Notes: generated by a model from the letters alone, not told the origin. DNA of 63,981 nt, filler included, from Reticulomyxa filosa (GCA_000512085.1; 19 parts of 19 records of this genome joined end to end with filler, not necessarily neighbours in it); one strand, 5' to 3'; shown: positions 48,931 through 62,808, counted from the whole stretch's first letter. Numbers and translations: made by a program.

Positions 48931-50110
48931 TTCAATGTTTAACAAAGAAAATGCAAACAAATTAACTTTTGTACAAACAAAAAAGTTTTTTCTTTTGCCC
49001 CTGTGTCCTTAAAGACGAAATATTTTTACTGTTTAAATCAAGTCCTATACAGTAAATATGTGGAAAAACATTTTTCTTGCCAATTACAAATTTTTGACCA
49101 TATGACGAATAACAAATATATCATACTACGTGTAATGCAAATATTCGACACTGAAGAAAGCTATCGCAAGCGCACTAGCAAACCATGCTATGTTGCAGTC
49201 ATTTCTATCCATCCTAATATGCAAAGTCCATCCATGGAGTCCTGAGAAAACTTCGTAACTAGTAAAACGCTTTTCTATGTATATTATGTAAGACAACTTT
49301 ACTACATATGGTGTCAATCTTACGAATATATCTCCATTGTACATTAACAACATTTCTTTTAGCTATGTTAACGTATTAACTTTTTTGATTAAATACTTTG
49401 TAAATGATAAATGAATATTGTATTACAAGTGTTAACTAATGAAAATGCGATTCAAGTATCTCTTTATTTTCTTATTCCAATTTTTTAAATCTAATTAAGA
49501 AATGATGCTGCAAAAAGAACGTCTTCTCTCATTAAAAGAAGAAGATTATTTAGCGTATATTTTTGCGGTTTTATGACAAAACCCCCTCCCAAACTTTATG
49601 AAAAGGTTCAGTGATTGGAATTTAAAAAAATCTCCACATAAAAAAAAAGGAATAAACAACTTTCTCTCTTTCTCACTCAATTCTTGCCCATGTTTTGTTG
49701 TAAATGGCATGTTTGTAGCCTTTGTCAGCACCAGAAAACCAATCTATGAACAAATTGATGGTGGCAAACGACACTCCTTTCTTATACATTTCTTGAATGT
49801 CATCAATAATCACATCCACACTTTTTTCATCAGGTTGCAATCCATCATCCGTCCAATGGTCTCTATCCCATTGCAAATTGTCACGGCGCAGCGTTGTCTT
49901 TTGCTCAATCTTTAAAAGTTCAAATGTTTAAAAAAAAAAAATTTCCGTGTCCCCCCCCAAAAAAAAAACAACTTTTCAAAATTGTGGCATTGTGCAACTT
50001 ACTTTCTAAANNNNNNNNNNNNNNNNNNNNNNNNNNNNNNNNNNNNNNNNNNNNTTAATTAATTAANNNNNNNNNNNNNNNNNNNNNNNNNNNNNNNNNN
50101 NNNNNNNNNN

Positions 50111-50150
50111 GCTGGTGGCCTGCGGCTTGGCTTTGCGGAGATTTGACTAA
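50111..50150 (+). CDS. pilM: Type IV pilus assembly protein PilM, C-terminal tip (bacterial)
   Basis: LVACGLALRRFD* lies immediately before pilN. Confidence 0.8.
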
Positions 50151-50725
50151 ATGATCCGCATCAACCTGCTACCGCACCGCGAACAGAAAAAGGCGGCGCA
50201 TCGCAAACGCTTCCAGACCCTGATGCTGGCCAGCCTGCTGGTAGCCATCGGCCTGACCTACCTGTGTTACTTGCAGCTGGAGGACGCCAAGGCAAGCCAA
50301 CTGGCGCGCAACCAGCGGCTGGATGAAGAAATCGGCAAGATCAACGCCAAACTCAGCAATATCGAGTCGCTACGCCAGAAAAAAGCCGAGTTGCTGGCGC
50401 GCAAACAGCTGGTGGAACGCCTGCAGTACGATCGTACCCAGGCTGTGTACATTTTTGACGAGCTGATCCGCCTGATGCCGGAAGGCGTGTTTCTGAAGGA
50501 CTTCCGCCAGACAGGCAGTAACATCGCCCTCAGCGGCGTCGCACTGTCCAGTGCTCGTGTATCGCTGCTGATGCGCAGCTTGGCAGAATCGAAACTTTCG
50601 CCGACCCGGTACTGATCGAAGTCAGCGCCACCAACGTCGACAAGATCCGTGCCAACCAGTTCAGCCTGAGCGTAACACTGAAGGCACAACATGCTGCCGC
50701 ACCGCCGCAAGGAGCCGCCAAATGA
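50151..50725 (+). CDS. pilN: Type IV pilus assembly protein PilN (bacterial); single-base frameshift near 50597
   Basis: MIRINLLPHRE, a TM helix, LERLQ-like segment, FDEL.RLMPEGVFL. Adding one base restores FADPVLIEV..NQFSL, ending in an ATGA overlap with pilO. Confidence 0.93.
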
Positions 50726-51327
50726 CCCTGGACGAATTGCGCACCCTTGACTTCAAGGACATGCCCAACTGGCCGCTGCAAGGCCAGTTGGCCGCCCTGC
50801 TCGTGATGATCCTGATGGTACTGGGGGCAGCTTACCTGCTTGTGTTTTCGTCCATCCAGGATGAAATTGCCCAGGCCAAACTGAAAGAGGAAGAGCTGCG
50901 GCAGACCTTCATCGACAAGAAGCGTCAGGCCAGCAACCTGGCGGCACTGGAAAACCAGCTCAAACAGATCGAAACCTCGTTTGGCACGCTGCTCAAGCAA
51001 TTGCCCAGCAAGTCGGAAATGGACGCGCTGCTGACCGAAATCAACCAGGCCGGCATCGGCCGCGGTTTGCAGTTCGAGCTGTTCCGCCCGGCCACCGAAG
51101 TCAAAACCGACCAGATGGCCGAGATGCCGATCCAGATTCGCCTGACCGGCACCTATAACGAACTGGCAGCCTTTGCGACCGACGTTTCCCAGCTGTCGCG
51201 CATCGTCACCATTGGCGACATCTCGCTGACACCGGCCGATGCCAAAAACAGCCGCCTGGTGATGATGGCCACGGCCAAGACCTACCGCGCGCTGGAAGCG
51301 GAAGAGAAAGTCGCCGCACAGAAATGA
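50722..51327 (+). CDS. pilO: Type IV pilus assembly protein PilO (bacterial)
   Basis: WPL, TM, LLKQLPSKSEMDALLTEINQAGIGRGLQFELFRP, AEMPI.I...GTY..LA.F..VSQLSRIVT and AKTYR. Confidence 0.95.
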   Translation: MTLDELRTLDFKDMPNWPLQGQLAALLVMILMVLGAAYLLVFSSIQDEIAQAKLKEEELRQTFIDKKRQASNLAALENQLKQIETSFGTLLKQLPSKSEMDALLTEINQAGIGRGLQFELFRPATEVKTDQMAEMPIQIRLTGTYNELAAFATDVSQLSRIVTIGDISLTPADAKNSRLVMMATAKTYRALEAEEKVAAQK

Positions 51328-51857
51328 GCACAATCACGATGTCTAGACTGTTTCCTGTCTTGCTACTGCTGCTGTCAGCCTGCAGCCTGACCGAGCAGGA
51401 CGACCTGGAGCAATGGATGCAGCAGGCCGGTAGCGGCCTGCATGGTCAGGTCGAGCCATTGCCCCAGATCGAGCCCTACAAGCCCTACCAGTACCGTGGA
51501 CAGGACCTGGTCTCGCCATTCGACACCAACCGTCTGCAACTGGCACGCAAGAATGCCAGCAGCAACCTGCCTGACACCGGTCGCCCACGGGAAATACTGG
51601 AAAACTACGAACTGGACAAACTGAAGCTGGTGGGCACCATGCTGCTGCAAAAAGAACGCATCGGGCTGATCCAGACGCCGGAAGGGGGAATCTACCGGGT
51701 ACGCATCGGTAGCTTTATCGGCCCGAATTACGGCATTGTGCGTGCTGTCAGCGAAACCGAAATCAAACTGGAAGAAACTGTCGAAGATGTAAACGGCGAG
51801 TGGGTAAAGCAGGATAACAACCTCTACCTGCTTCAGGAACAAGGAAAAGCACCATGA
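51324..51857 (+). CDS. pilP: Type IV pilus lipoprotein PilP (bacterial)
   Basis: Lipobox LSAC, DLEQWM, VEPLP, SPF, PD..RPRE.LE.Y.LD.LKLVG and G.FIG.NYG. Confidence 0.95.
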   Translation: MSTITMSRLFPVLLLLLSACSLTEQDDLEQWMQQAGSGLHGQVEPLPQIEPYKPYQYRGQDLVSPFDTNRLQLARKNASSNLPDTGRPREILENYELDKLKLVGTMLLQKERIGLIQTPEGGIYRVRIGSFIGPNYGIVRAVSETEIKLEETVEDVNGEWVKQDNNLYLLQEQGKAP

Positions 51858-52083
51858 AAACAATGACCCTGACGCAGCTGGCCGCCGCCCTTACCCTTGC
51901 CGGCCTTTCCGGCCTGGCCATTGCGGCCAACAGCATTACCCAGATCGAACTGCTCAAGAATGCCCAGGAACAGCAAGTGCTGGAGGTGACCTTCAGCAAC
52001 CCGCTGCCCGTCTCGCCCAACAGCTTTGCCATTTCCAATCCGCCACGGGTGGCATTCGACTTTCCCGATACCCGCAACCAGAC
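51854..52083 (+). CDS. pilQ: Type IV pilus secretin PilQ, N-terminal fragment (bacterial)
   Basis: Signal peptide followed by AMIN-like P.SFAISNPPRVAFDFP; operon position after pilP. Confidence 0.88.
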
Positions 52084-53229
52084 NNNNNNNNNNNNNNNNN
52101 NNNNNNNNNNNNNNNNNNNNNNNNNNNTTAATTAATTAANNNNNNNNNNNNNNNNNNNNNNNNNNNNNNNNNNNNNNNNNNNNTATAAGTTTTTTTTATT
52201 ATTACAGCGGGAATAAAAGGTTGCACTTATTTAAATTGTACAAAAATTACAATTTATATATAAAGTGTGATATGTTCAAAAATAAGTACATGAACAACAC
52301 TTTTAAAAATTTTTTTAACAACTTTTTTATTTGACAGAATTGTCTTTTGCAACAAAGGTCTGATTCTTATTACAAAATTGAACATTGTTCATGTAAATAA
52401 CAAAGAAGATAAGTCATTTCATTAACATATTCATTCCAGCCAATTTTTGTGAAAATTGTTTATTTTAACAATTCACGTTTCTTTTTTTCAGCTCACAAAT
52501 GAAAATAACACAATTCATTCAGATAAATATATATTATTTTAAATAAGTAATCCTACGTTCAGAAATAAGCACATTCAAGACACATTTTTAAAGAGTTTCA
52601 TATGTTTTTAAGTCAGCTAATTCTAGAATTGTATGCAAAAATAATATTAAAAAAGATTTGAAGTTGTTATAAAACGATTTCATTTGGTTTATCTGAAATA
52701 TCAGCAAAGTATTCCAAAAAGGGTAGTTCCATTTTTTAACATTTACAAGAGTATAATAAAATAAATTGTCTCAATAAACTGCTGACAACATACATTTGAT
52801 ACACTTTTTCCAAAAGAAAATAAAGCTAAAAATGTGATGGTAAGAAATTCAAATCAAAGACGCCAACAACATGTCGATCCGCTAGCAGAACTGGGCCTTG
52901 ATTGTTTTTTTAACATGTATGTAAGCTAAGGTGTAATTGTGATTATGAATTGTTCATAATTAATTAATGAAAAATAAAATTAAAGTCCATTAAAGTGTGA
53001 AAACAGAAAACAAATAATTATTACCTTTACATTGATGATTACAAAAAGCATCTCATTACGACAGACAACACCATTTCTAACAAAGAAAGCAGCTAGAGAT
53101 ACATTTTTGTTTTTATTTTTTACATAGGCACATTATTATTTTGTGTTAACTGGAGAATAGCAGTGTAAATGTCATTGGAGTGTGTTTCATCAAGACTTGA
53201 GCTGTTATGGATGATATTAATGGAAATGA

Positions 53230-53500
53230 AATGCAAATAACAATTAATTGTTATATGCTTACAATCACACAGCAGCATCCAGATTAGCGCACACAACTTT
53301 CACTCAAGCCATTAATATACATAATCGACCAAGTATTTGTCGTTGCCTTTCACATACATTTGCGATTATGTTATACGTGGCTCTCAATGTCGACACACCA
53401 AATATACATGGAGATATTTCCAATATACAATTGGTATTACCTTCGTGTCGATTTGTTGGAAGATAATAAACTTGTGATATATTGCAATTTAATTGCAAAA
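53230..53500 (+). pseudogene. Possible decayed SP-RING (zf-MIZ) fragment
   Basis: ITINC..SRL..IRGSQCRH..SC.IC pieces occur across frames. Confidence 0.25.
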
Positions 53501-54859
53501 GAACCATGNNNNNNNNNNNNNNNNNNNNNNNNNNNNNNNNNNNNNNNNNNNNTTAATTAATTAANNNNNNNNNNNNNNNNNNNNNNNNNNNNNNNNNNNN
53601 NNNNNNNNCACGCCAATTTTGAGAGAACAAAAAATTTGTTTGTTTTGGATTCTCCAAAATCAGTATCTCAGCTATCTTGGTCCAATTCGCTTGTTTTTTC
53701 AAGCGATATCGAAGACTCGCTGGTCGAACAAACTAGTGTCAATAACAATCCTAATCTTCTCTCTGGAGATAATAAAAAATACATTTATAGTGGCGTTGGA
53801 AATGATGCCTTGGAAAAAGACAATGATAATCAAAACGAAGAGTTAGGCACTGATAGTGAACACATCACAATGTGCCGGCAACTTGTCGCGTTTTTGGTCA
53901 AACTATTGTCACATCCCAAATAATATGGGCCACTGAAATAAATACTTACACGTATACACATAGACATATACTCACATAACATTTATCAAATATCTTTTCC
54001 AAATTTTTAATTGTGCATAGATAAATTACCTAAAATTTAAGGAACAAAAACTGTTTTTGGGTTGTTTTTTGATATGAAGACTATTCTTCTTTTGCAGCCG
54101 CATTTTTTTTTGTTAGCAGAAATCCAGTTAGAACACACTTATGAACAACAGTCTAAGTTTGTTGGCAACACCAACCTTAATGTTGAAAAAAATATTTTAA
54201 ACACAACATTTAAAGGATCAGAATAAGAAAGCAAATGTTGTTATTGCCATAGTACGACAGTTGCCGAATAGCTTGCATTTACAATGCTGGTAGTTAGTTT
54301 CAATTGTGCATCACAACACAAAATATCACAATGTACCACATGTTTAATTTTTTTACAAACACAGTAGTATAATATTCATTTAAAATTAAAATAAAACATA
54401 AAATACTACCTTAAAAAATAATTATATTTTTCAAAAAAATAAATCTTTATGAGTATTTATAATTGCTTTATTGTGATGAAATTTTGTGTTTTTTGCCTTT
54501 TTTCATAACGAAGGTTAAATCAAGAGATACATGTTAGTATAAGTTTTTCTTTTAGTTTTTTTCCATGTGCCTTCATTTTTCCCAAATAGTTACTTAGTTG
54601 GTTTACGTGATGTTTAGTCTTGTGATAATGTAATGAATGACTATGCTATGAATAATTACTTCAAAAAACAAAAAGTGGTCAAAAAATTCGAAACGATTAA
54701 AACAGTATGTAATGATATAAAAATGAATTGCGAACACGTTAGTGAAATTTTTGAGAAAGAATTTTAATCTGACGTATATAATTTTTTAAAATGTAATAGC
54801 TATGTTTGTACAATTGCGAATTGAATTATTTTACTTAAAAATTCAGTGCCTTAAAGTTT

Positions 54860-56012
54860 TTTCATTATTGGAAAAATTATAACATCCACAAATATGAATT
54901 GATATTATTTGCTACAAGTGATGCATATTCAACAGCATTTACACAATCAGTATGTCAATTGAATATTTGAATTTTTTGTCAAGATCTAACGTCCTACAAA
55001 AGAACACTTTCATCTCTTGATCAAGATAATATTGTATTTGAATAAATTCCTATTTTATTTAAGCAATATTTAACACTTTTAATCAATTGTTCATGACTTT
55101 GAATACAATTAATTGTTTTGATGTTTCAATATACTACATAAAAATAGTTTTATCACTTGATCCAAGGCAAAAGGTGTATCAATTACTTCAACTACACAAA
55201 CACTATTATTACTACCATTGTTGTTATTACTTTGTAATTTTGAAATATCAACACACAGAACACAATCTTTATGTCAATTGAACACTCACAATGATTGGAT
55301 ATTTCAACATCATATAAACAAATAGTCTTGTCATATGACACAAAACACAGATATCGACTACAATTAAATGATGAAAATTCGATTCCACAAACACAACAAG
55401 TGTGTCCACAAAATAGTTAAAATTGCCGATTATGTTTGAAATCCCAAAAACGAATTGATGTAGAACAGATAACGTGACGACAATGTTATAATAATGATGG
55501 TGAAAATTTCACACAATACACAGTGGATGAATGTCTGTTGAATGATTGAATTTGTTTATTATTCTCAATATCCATACACTAACTGTATTATCAAATGACC
55601 CAGAACAAATAAATTGACTATTTCTAAGCGTTGAATAATATATACTCCACATACAATCTTTGTGTTCATAAAACGTTTTGAATAATTTAGATGATGAACA
55701 AAATGAGTCAATCATTATGGTATTTGCTGCATGTTTTAAGCGAATTATGAATAATGAATAAATTTTTGTCATTTAATGCAAAACAAAAAACATAACACAA
55801 TTTATAATAATTTTGTCAAATCATTGATCCATCCTAATTTAATGTTTAATATTCGAATCCAATATTTATAATTATTTTAATATATTCTTCTGGCAATATC
55901 TTGAATTCGACAGTCAAGTGTTAAAAAGACGACATATTTCTGAAGATTGTGTTGAAGTTAACTTACAACTGGTAATTGTGTTGATGACTTTGTCTTACTG
56001 AGGACTGCCCAT
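54860..56012 (-). pseudogene. WD40 pseudogene of the same family as 28299-29741
   Basis: YWIRILNIKLGWIND module, SSKLFKTF..H and FICSGSFDNTV.VW, with numerous stops and frameshifts. Confidence 0.8.
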
Positions 56013-56289
56013 TTTTCAACTTCCGTTAAGATCTTGCTTGATATAAGATGGAAAAAATGTTTGAACTTTTTGTCGCAAGGACTGCACAGTTGAACAACGT
56101 GTTAGAAGAAAGCAATTTTCAAAATTAAGTACAGCACGTATCTTACACATTTACTTCATTTTTTTTTTAAAAAGAAGATAATACGAATAAGTTTACAATT
56201 GCAAAAAATATTTGATAGTCAAAAGGAAACGATGAAAACGCTGTTGTTTGAATGGGGCTTTTTTTCTCAAGTTGCAACAATTGGCAACA

Positions 56290-57230
56290 ATGACCTCTCC
56301 AACGGATTCTCCTTTGATTCATGTTGACAATAATCAGAAATATGAAAGAGGAGAAAAGCTGCTTCCAAGTACTGGAACATTAGGAGGTAAATTCCGGCAC
56401 TGTTGCCCGCAAAGCCTTAGCATCTAGCGTTTTTTTTTTTAAAAGAAAAAAAGAAATTGAAAAGTTTTTTAAGACTGTTTTCCAAAACACAAATTGCAAC
56501 TGCAACAGTTGGCAATACTCACTAACAATATCAGGCATGGAAAAGGTGGACAGCCGAGAGATGTCATCAGCGTCTTTTACCAATGAAGAGAAGCACGAGA
56601 CCAATTTCATTCAAGACCTGCGGATGAAAGCGACACAAGCGAGGTCAGCACGTATTGATAATGAGGATTTGTTCCACCAAAGACCAGCTCTAAGCGACAT
56701 GTGGACGGACACGCATACAGCAGCAGTATCAATTATCCATATTTTTTTATTTGTTATTTCAGTTGCGTTGTTCCTACTGTTGCTCGTTGGGTAAACAAAA
56801 ATTGCTTGTGTGTTCCTGTTTGTCCTTCTCTGAACTTTTTTTTTTTTTTTTTTGCAACGGATGTTCGGTGTGTACCCCTTGTTTATGTTTGTGATAAGAA
56901 TCAAACCGGCTGACATTATGTTGGGATGCATTGCAATGGCAAGCAATTTGTTCAGCATTGTCCATTGCATGCATAGCGGCAGTATGACGAACAAAGCACA
57001 AAAACTGGATAACGCATTGCAAAAGTTTGCTATGATCGTTGCAAAGTTTGCCAAGGCTTTGGCAATCCAAGAGACCTATTTGGATCAAACCAAAAGTCTG
57101 TTGGATTATTTAGACCTGCTCTTGGATTCGCGCATTCATGATTTCAAACAAAAATTGCTGTCCATTTTACATCTCGTCTCCAGCAATCCCGTCGCCGAAA
57201 CCAAATCGAACAAGTTAACAAACATATGTA
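56290..57230 (+). CDS. Hypothetical single-pass membrane protein, spliced, partial
   Basis: Exons MTSPTDSP.., MEKVDS..IIHIFLFVISVALFLLLLVG and a helical segment, joined by GT-AG introns. Confidence 0.5.
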
Positions 57231-57599
57231 CATTATTTTTTTATTTTATTTTTAGTTACCCTTTTCTATGTTAGGAAAATTTAAGCCAAAAAAAAAAATA
57301 CGTATATAAAATAAACACTTTGCATGCTTTGCGGCGGGGGGGGGGGAAAAAAAAAAGAGGACAAGACGATTTGNNNNNNNNNNNNNNNNNNNNNNNNNNN
57401 NNNNNNNNNNNNNNNNNTTAATTAATTAANNNNNNNNNNNNNNNNNNNNNNNNNNNNNNNNNNNNNNNNNNNNAAAAAAAAAAAAAAGAACCTTTTTTTA
57501 TTTTTTTATTTTTTTGTCAAATTGTCTGTTTGTTTGATTCCTCGTGGATTCTCCTTATCAAATTTTCTTCCAACTGACTTGGCAGTTGTTGTCAGCATA

Positions 57600-60384
57600 T
57601 GATTAACTCTTTCTTTTCGTTTTGTCAATGCCACTTCGGCGTTGCGAAATTCGCGCTCGAAATCTTCGTATTGCTCTCGGGTTACTCGCTTCCAGGCCAT
57701 CACAAGTGTTCGACTTCCGGTTTTGGCAAAGTTGGTCACATTGCGCTTGGTGCGAATGGTGATGTTTTTGTCCTCATCCGTGCACATTGCAAATATCACG
57801 CTATCCGCGCCTTTGGTATACAGGCTGATCTGTCCACTCTCGTCTTCTGCTATCACTGTCATTCGCTTGCGTTTCGCAGAAAATTCCAGTGTTCCCAGTA
57901 CTTTGAACTGTTGAACAAACGAGCGATCATTCGGTGCTAAGTTACCTTTTTTGCGTACTTTAAAAAACAAAACAAAACAAAATCACATTATTATTGTTGT
58001 TGTTATTGCGCTTGATCGTTGTGTGAATAGCTACAAAAAAAAAAACAAATGAATTTGAATAAAATATAATTATTATGTAATATTTATGTATATGTTTTTT
58101 GTTGGTGTTAACCATGTTTAGCACTGGGATGAAATCTCACTCGTATGCTTTGATCTGCCAAACGATCTTCCAAGACAACGCCATGATCGGCCAAAGCTTC
58201 AGCAAAGGCAACTTCATCGGGACTGGGACTCATGTAGTCGATTTCTTCTTCGACGTAAGAACGTTCCGGGAACAGCGGATTGGGATCTTCGTGACGTTTG
58301 GAAGCCTGGTTTTGTTTATTGTCTTGCATTTGCTTTTTGTCTTGTGCGTTTTTCAAAATGCCATTTATGTCTTTGTTCCCCGTTTTCATGTCATCTGCAA
58401 GGTGTTGCACTTCATTCACTTGGACTTCCTCTTCTTCTTCATCATCGTCATCGTCATCGTCATCATCATCATCATCATCATCGTCGTCGTTGTTATCATC
58501 TTCTTCTTCGTTAACTTCTGTAATTACATGTTCTTTTTTTTCATCATCGTCATCATCATCATCCTGTTGTTGTTGTTTATTCATGCCTCTGTCTTTGCCC
58601 GCGTCATTCTCTTTGTTTGTAGCTTCTTTTTTTTCTTCTTCTTCTTCTTCTTCTTCTTCTTGTTTTTGTCCTTTGCCGTCTCGATCCTTTTCTCCGTCTT
58701 TGGGCTTGCTGATTTGGTTTTCGACAAAGTCATTGCCACTGTTACTTTCCATGTTGGTGAGAGGGGTATTGCTCGCCGACATAGTGTCCATGACACCAGC
58801 AGCTCCGTACAGAGGCAGCTGGTTGTTTCGATTGGACGGAACAAATAATGTGTCTTTATGTACAAGATGAGAGGGATGTTCGAGCATGTCGGCACTATTG
58901 ACCACTTTGTGCTGTGCAACCGGCGACGTTGCGCTGCATATTAACAAACACAGCAGAAAATGAATCTCTTTGCTTTCCTCGATTTTCTCGGTAGGCTCAA
59001 ACGAAGCGCTGTGTCGACGTGTCTCTTTCCGCATCACATCTCTCACCAAATCCGATAATCGAACATACTCTTCACTCACTGCTATCATGGCCGACGGTGA
59101 AGAAGAGGTCGTGCCACGAATGTCATTTTGCACTTTTCGACCCAATATCGAACATCTGTTTCACACATGCACATGATTATTTGCACAATGATAGTATATC
59201 ATATATATACATGTAATATGTACATATATACATATATGTATACTCAACTTGCAAAGCTCCATTTGATTTTGTGTCAAAGTCCCAGTTTTGTCGGTGAAAA
59301 CATAATCGACGTGGCCTAACTCTTCATTCAGATTTGAGTTTTTCACTTTTGCAAAACGCTTCTGCAAGCTGTTGGCTCGAGTTGTGTCGTGGCTCAAGCG
59401 AAGCATGCGCAGACTGTCGACCCCACTTACATCGTCATCACTATTGCTGTCGTCGATTGTTTGAAAATTGGACGGGTTGCCATGATAATACGTCAGAGAT
59501 TCATCCCATGCTATCCATTGGGATTGGATTACCTTCAATTCAGAAAAAAAAAACATTTGACCAAATGCAAAATGTACACATACATATATATATGTATGTA
59601 TATGTTTGCTTTAAAAGGTAATAAATAACTTTGACTAATTCCATGGTGACATACAAAGAAAATGGAACCATCCACGAAGTAACGACAAGCCATGTGGCAA
59701 TGTCGATGAACCATGAGCTGGTCTGATGTTTTCGGTTGAGTTCATGAAAAGGCTGAGAGGTGAGATTTGTAGCAATACCCAGCGCAATGCACAACAAGAC
59801 ATTGAAGATCAAAATACACAAAATGCATTTGTTCAACATGATTTCAAACCGACTAAATTTAAATGGGACTTGATTGCGATTCAACATGAGTTTCGTTTCT
59901 CGGCCCACATATATCACGAGCGCATACACGTACTGTGTGTTCACTAATTTGCTCCCGCGAAATAGAAAGTGTTCATCATTCAGTGCGCCTATCACCATTT
60001 CCTCGTCTTTCATTCGTTGTGAGCTTTCATCTTTTTGAGTAGGCGCGAGTAGATATTCCGACGTCATCTTTTTTTTTTTTAAAAAAAAAAAAAGATAAAC
60101 AAATAAACACATATGTATATTGTATGTGCATTGATTGAACCATTAAAAAAAAAAAAAAAAAAAAAACTAGCAGAAAATCTATCATGATTGCCTCGATCTT
60201 TGGTTCTCTTATCTCCGAGAGAGCTTTTATTAATTTGTATTTTCCCGATAAAGCCATGCAGTGATTTGGAGTTTACTTGTGTTTCAACGCTTCCTCTCAG
60301 ACTCGCCAAGTCCTGCTCATTGCTCACATGCGCCGTCCACCCCACGGCCCTTCTCATTTTAGGCGCGTTTTCCCTATAATCCCA
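57600..60384 (-). CDS. P4-type ATPase (phospholipid flippase), internal portion, spliced
   Basis: [83 protein letters not shown] and G.RTLV. Confidence 0.95.
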
Positions 60385-60499
60385 NNNNNNNNNNNNNNNN
60401 NNNNNNNNNNNNNNNNNNNNNNNNNNNNTTAATTAATTAANNNNNNNNNNNNNNNNNNNNNNNNNNNNNNNNNNNNNNNNNNNNTTTTTTTTTAACTTC

Positions 60500-62400
60500 A
60501 ATTTTCTCAAAAAGCATTCGCATCAATGAAGCCATCTTGCTTGACGAACAGCATATTCCGACTTGATATATCCCACCAAACCAACGCGAAGACTTATGCA
60601 AAAAGTATCTTGGAAATATTTCAATATCTTTGATCTGTCGATATCAAGAGGGGGGCGAGGGGGGGATTACCAAAGAACGTATTCACAAATACATGTACAG
60701 GGCAATGCTCGATATGTAGCCAAATTCTATGCAATGATGAGTTGGAGCGCGTCGAATGGAAGTATTGCATGACAATCGTCGTGAGATATGAAACGAAGCG
60801 CGAATGGCAATGTATGTTATGTGGTTTCAAACATCTCCATAACTATTGATAATCTTTGGTGAATATGCATGTCGACGTCATTTATGGATTGCATTGTGTC
60901 GACATCTTCGTCTACATCATCCATTTTATTTTATACCAACTATCACTACTTATCATATTCACCGACACAATTCATATGTCACACAATCACATTCGTCGAT
61001 ATTTTTGTAGTTCGTTTTTTCTTTTCTCCTTTCAGTAAGTTAATCTTTTTCTTTTTCTTCTTATTATTTTTATCACTTTCCATCTTTTTCTTGCTTTCAC
61101 TACAAACATAAAGTAAATCACTCTACAGAGAAAAGGTACATGCTAACATTGTGTTGGTTAAGACATTATTATAACAATTGAAAATATGATACAAATAATA
61201 TTTACCTTGAAATAGAGCACGTTGCCTTTGTCATATCATGTGGCCACTCGTGGTATTGTTATACTTTAGGATCGGCAGTGCAATTGTGGATATATGCAAA
61301 TAGATAAATCTGCGATTCCAAGATTGTTGAGCGAGGTCCGAATGGTTCATTTTTTTCTGGACGTTACTAAGTGCATATGTGCTCGTACCGATTTCCAGAG
61401 GAATGACCCACTAACTTGACAACGGCGATATTAATAAATTGGAAGCTGCGTTCACAAATTGGCTGGTCATTCTCGGTATTTGATTGATCTTCAAATGAGA
61501 TTTGAAGAGAAGACAATGGGACACACTATTATCGGATGAAGTCATATGGATAATAGACAATGTCAATATCATCTGACGCCATCATCTGCCACCGAGGAAA
61601 GTTATTCAATGCTTCCAATTCGGCCAAACATGATTAGCAACGGATACGTACGATGTGCCGACTATTATATGATCAAATTATCAATAGTTATAACGCATTC
61701 ACTGGGATACATTTTTTGGTCAAATCTATACATGTACATAATCACAGATTAATTGGAGATTATTGGAAAAAAAAGACAGGTAACTATTTTATCATAATCC
61801 ACTTCAACTTGTTTGTCTTTCCATTACGCCATGTTCCTTTCGATAACGATATTGAAAACGTAGGGTTTGTGGCTGCGTGTTTTGATGTGGTATCTTGAAA
61901 GCAACTTCAATTCTCGAGCACGCGAATGTCGATTATGTGGGGCGCTTCTTCGAGTTCACATTGCAATCTTTGTTCAACAACGACGATTTTGGTATATTTT
62001 TATCAATGGAGCTGGACGGTACGACTATTGCAACTGGTAGATGTGTGTTTGTGTTTGTTTTTTTTTAGTAGACATTACTTTCAGGAATAGCTTGTATGTT
62101 GAAGAGCGAGTTCTAGATACTGTGGGAGCGCATTATTGGTAATTCGAAATACGGACAGATGATATTTATATATGCATATATATCCACAGAAGCATCATTC
62201 AAACGACGAAAAAATATTTATCATGTACACTACTATATTCAATGCGTTGCTGCCAGCAAAGAAAGTGGAGGAATGATGCAGCTAAGTGGAACATAACAAT
62301 ACAAATTTGCAATGTTGGTTGTATTGTACCGACGGATCGAATGCAATGCTTGCTCATTGACAATTAACCACTTTATATCTTCGCCAAATCTTTCAGCGCA
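60500..62400 (+). pseudogene. Decayed coding sequence with RanBP2-ZnF-like start and possible SPRY-like fragment
   Basis: YETKREWQCMLCGF near 60790 and GAHYW*FEI near 62130; no long ORF. Confidence 0.25.
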
Positions 62401-62808
62401 CCAATTCTATAATATTATAAGTATGTTATCTTATTTTTTGAATAAAAAAAAACAAAATAAAACTTAACTATTGCGTTGTCTTCGCACGAGACAACAATTA
62501 TCCAAAAAAAAAATTTAAAAAATAAAATTAAAACATTATTTCTTTTTCTTTTTATTTTTTTACTTTTTTTTTTTTACTTTTTTCATTTCATTTTTTTCCA
62601 ATTTTCTATTTTCTTTTTTTTTATTTCTTTTTTCTTTTTTCTTTTTTCTACTTATTTTTCTATTTTTTTTTTCTTTTTNNNNNNNNNNNNNNNNNNNNNN
62701 NNNNNNNNNNNNNNNNNNNNNNTTAATTAATTAANNNNNNNNNNNNNNNNNNNNNNNNNNNNNNNNNNNNNNNNNNNNTTTTTTTTTTTTGTTTTGTTTT
62801 AAAAAAAA

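Noticed and set aside
50590-50615. pilN pseudogene or programmed frameshift
   Set aside because: One missing base in a T run restores a full PilN with the ATGA overlap; most likely a homopolymer sequencing error.
50111-52083. Horizontal transfer of a pilus operon into the eukaryote
   Set aside because: There is no physical junction to host DNA, and it has unameliorated bacterial composition and operon structure.
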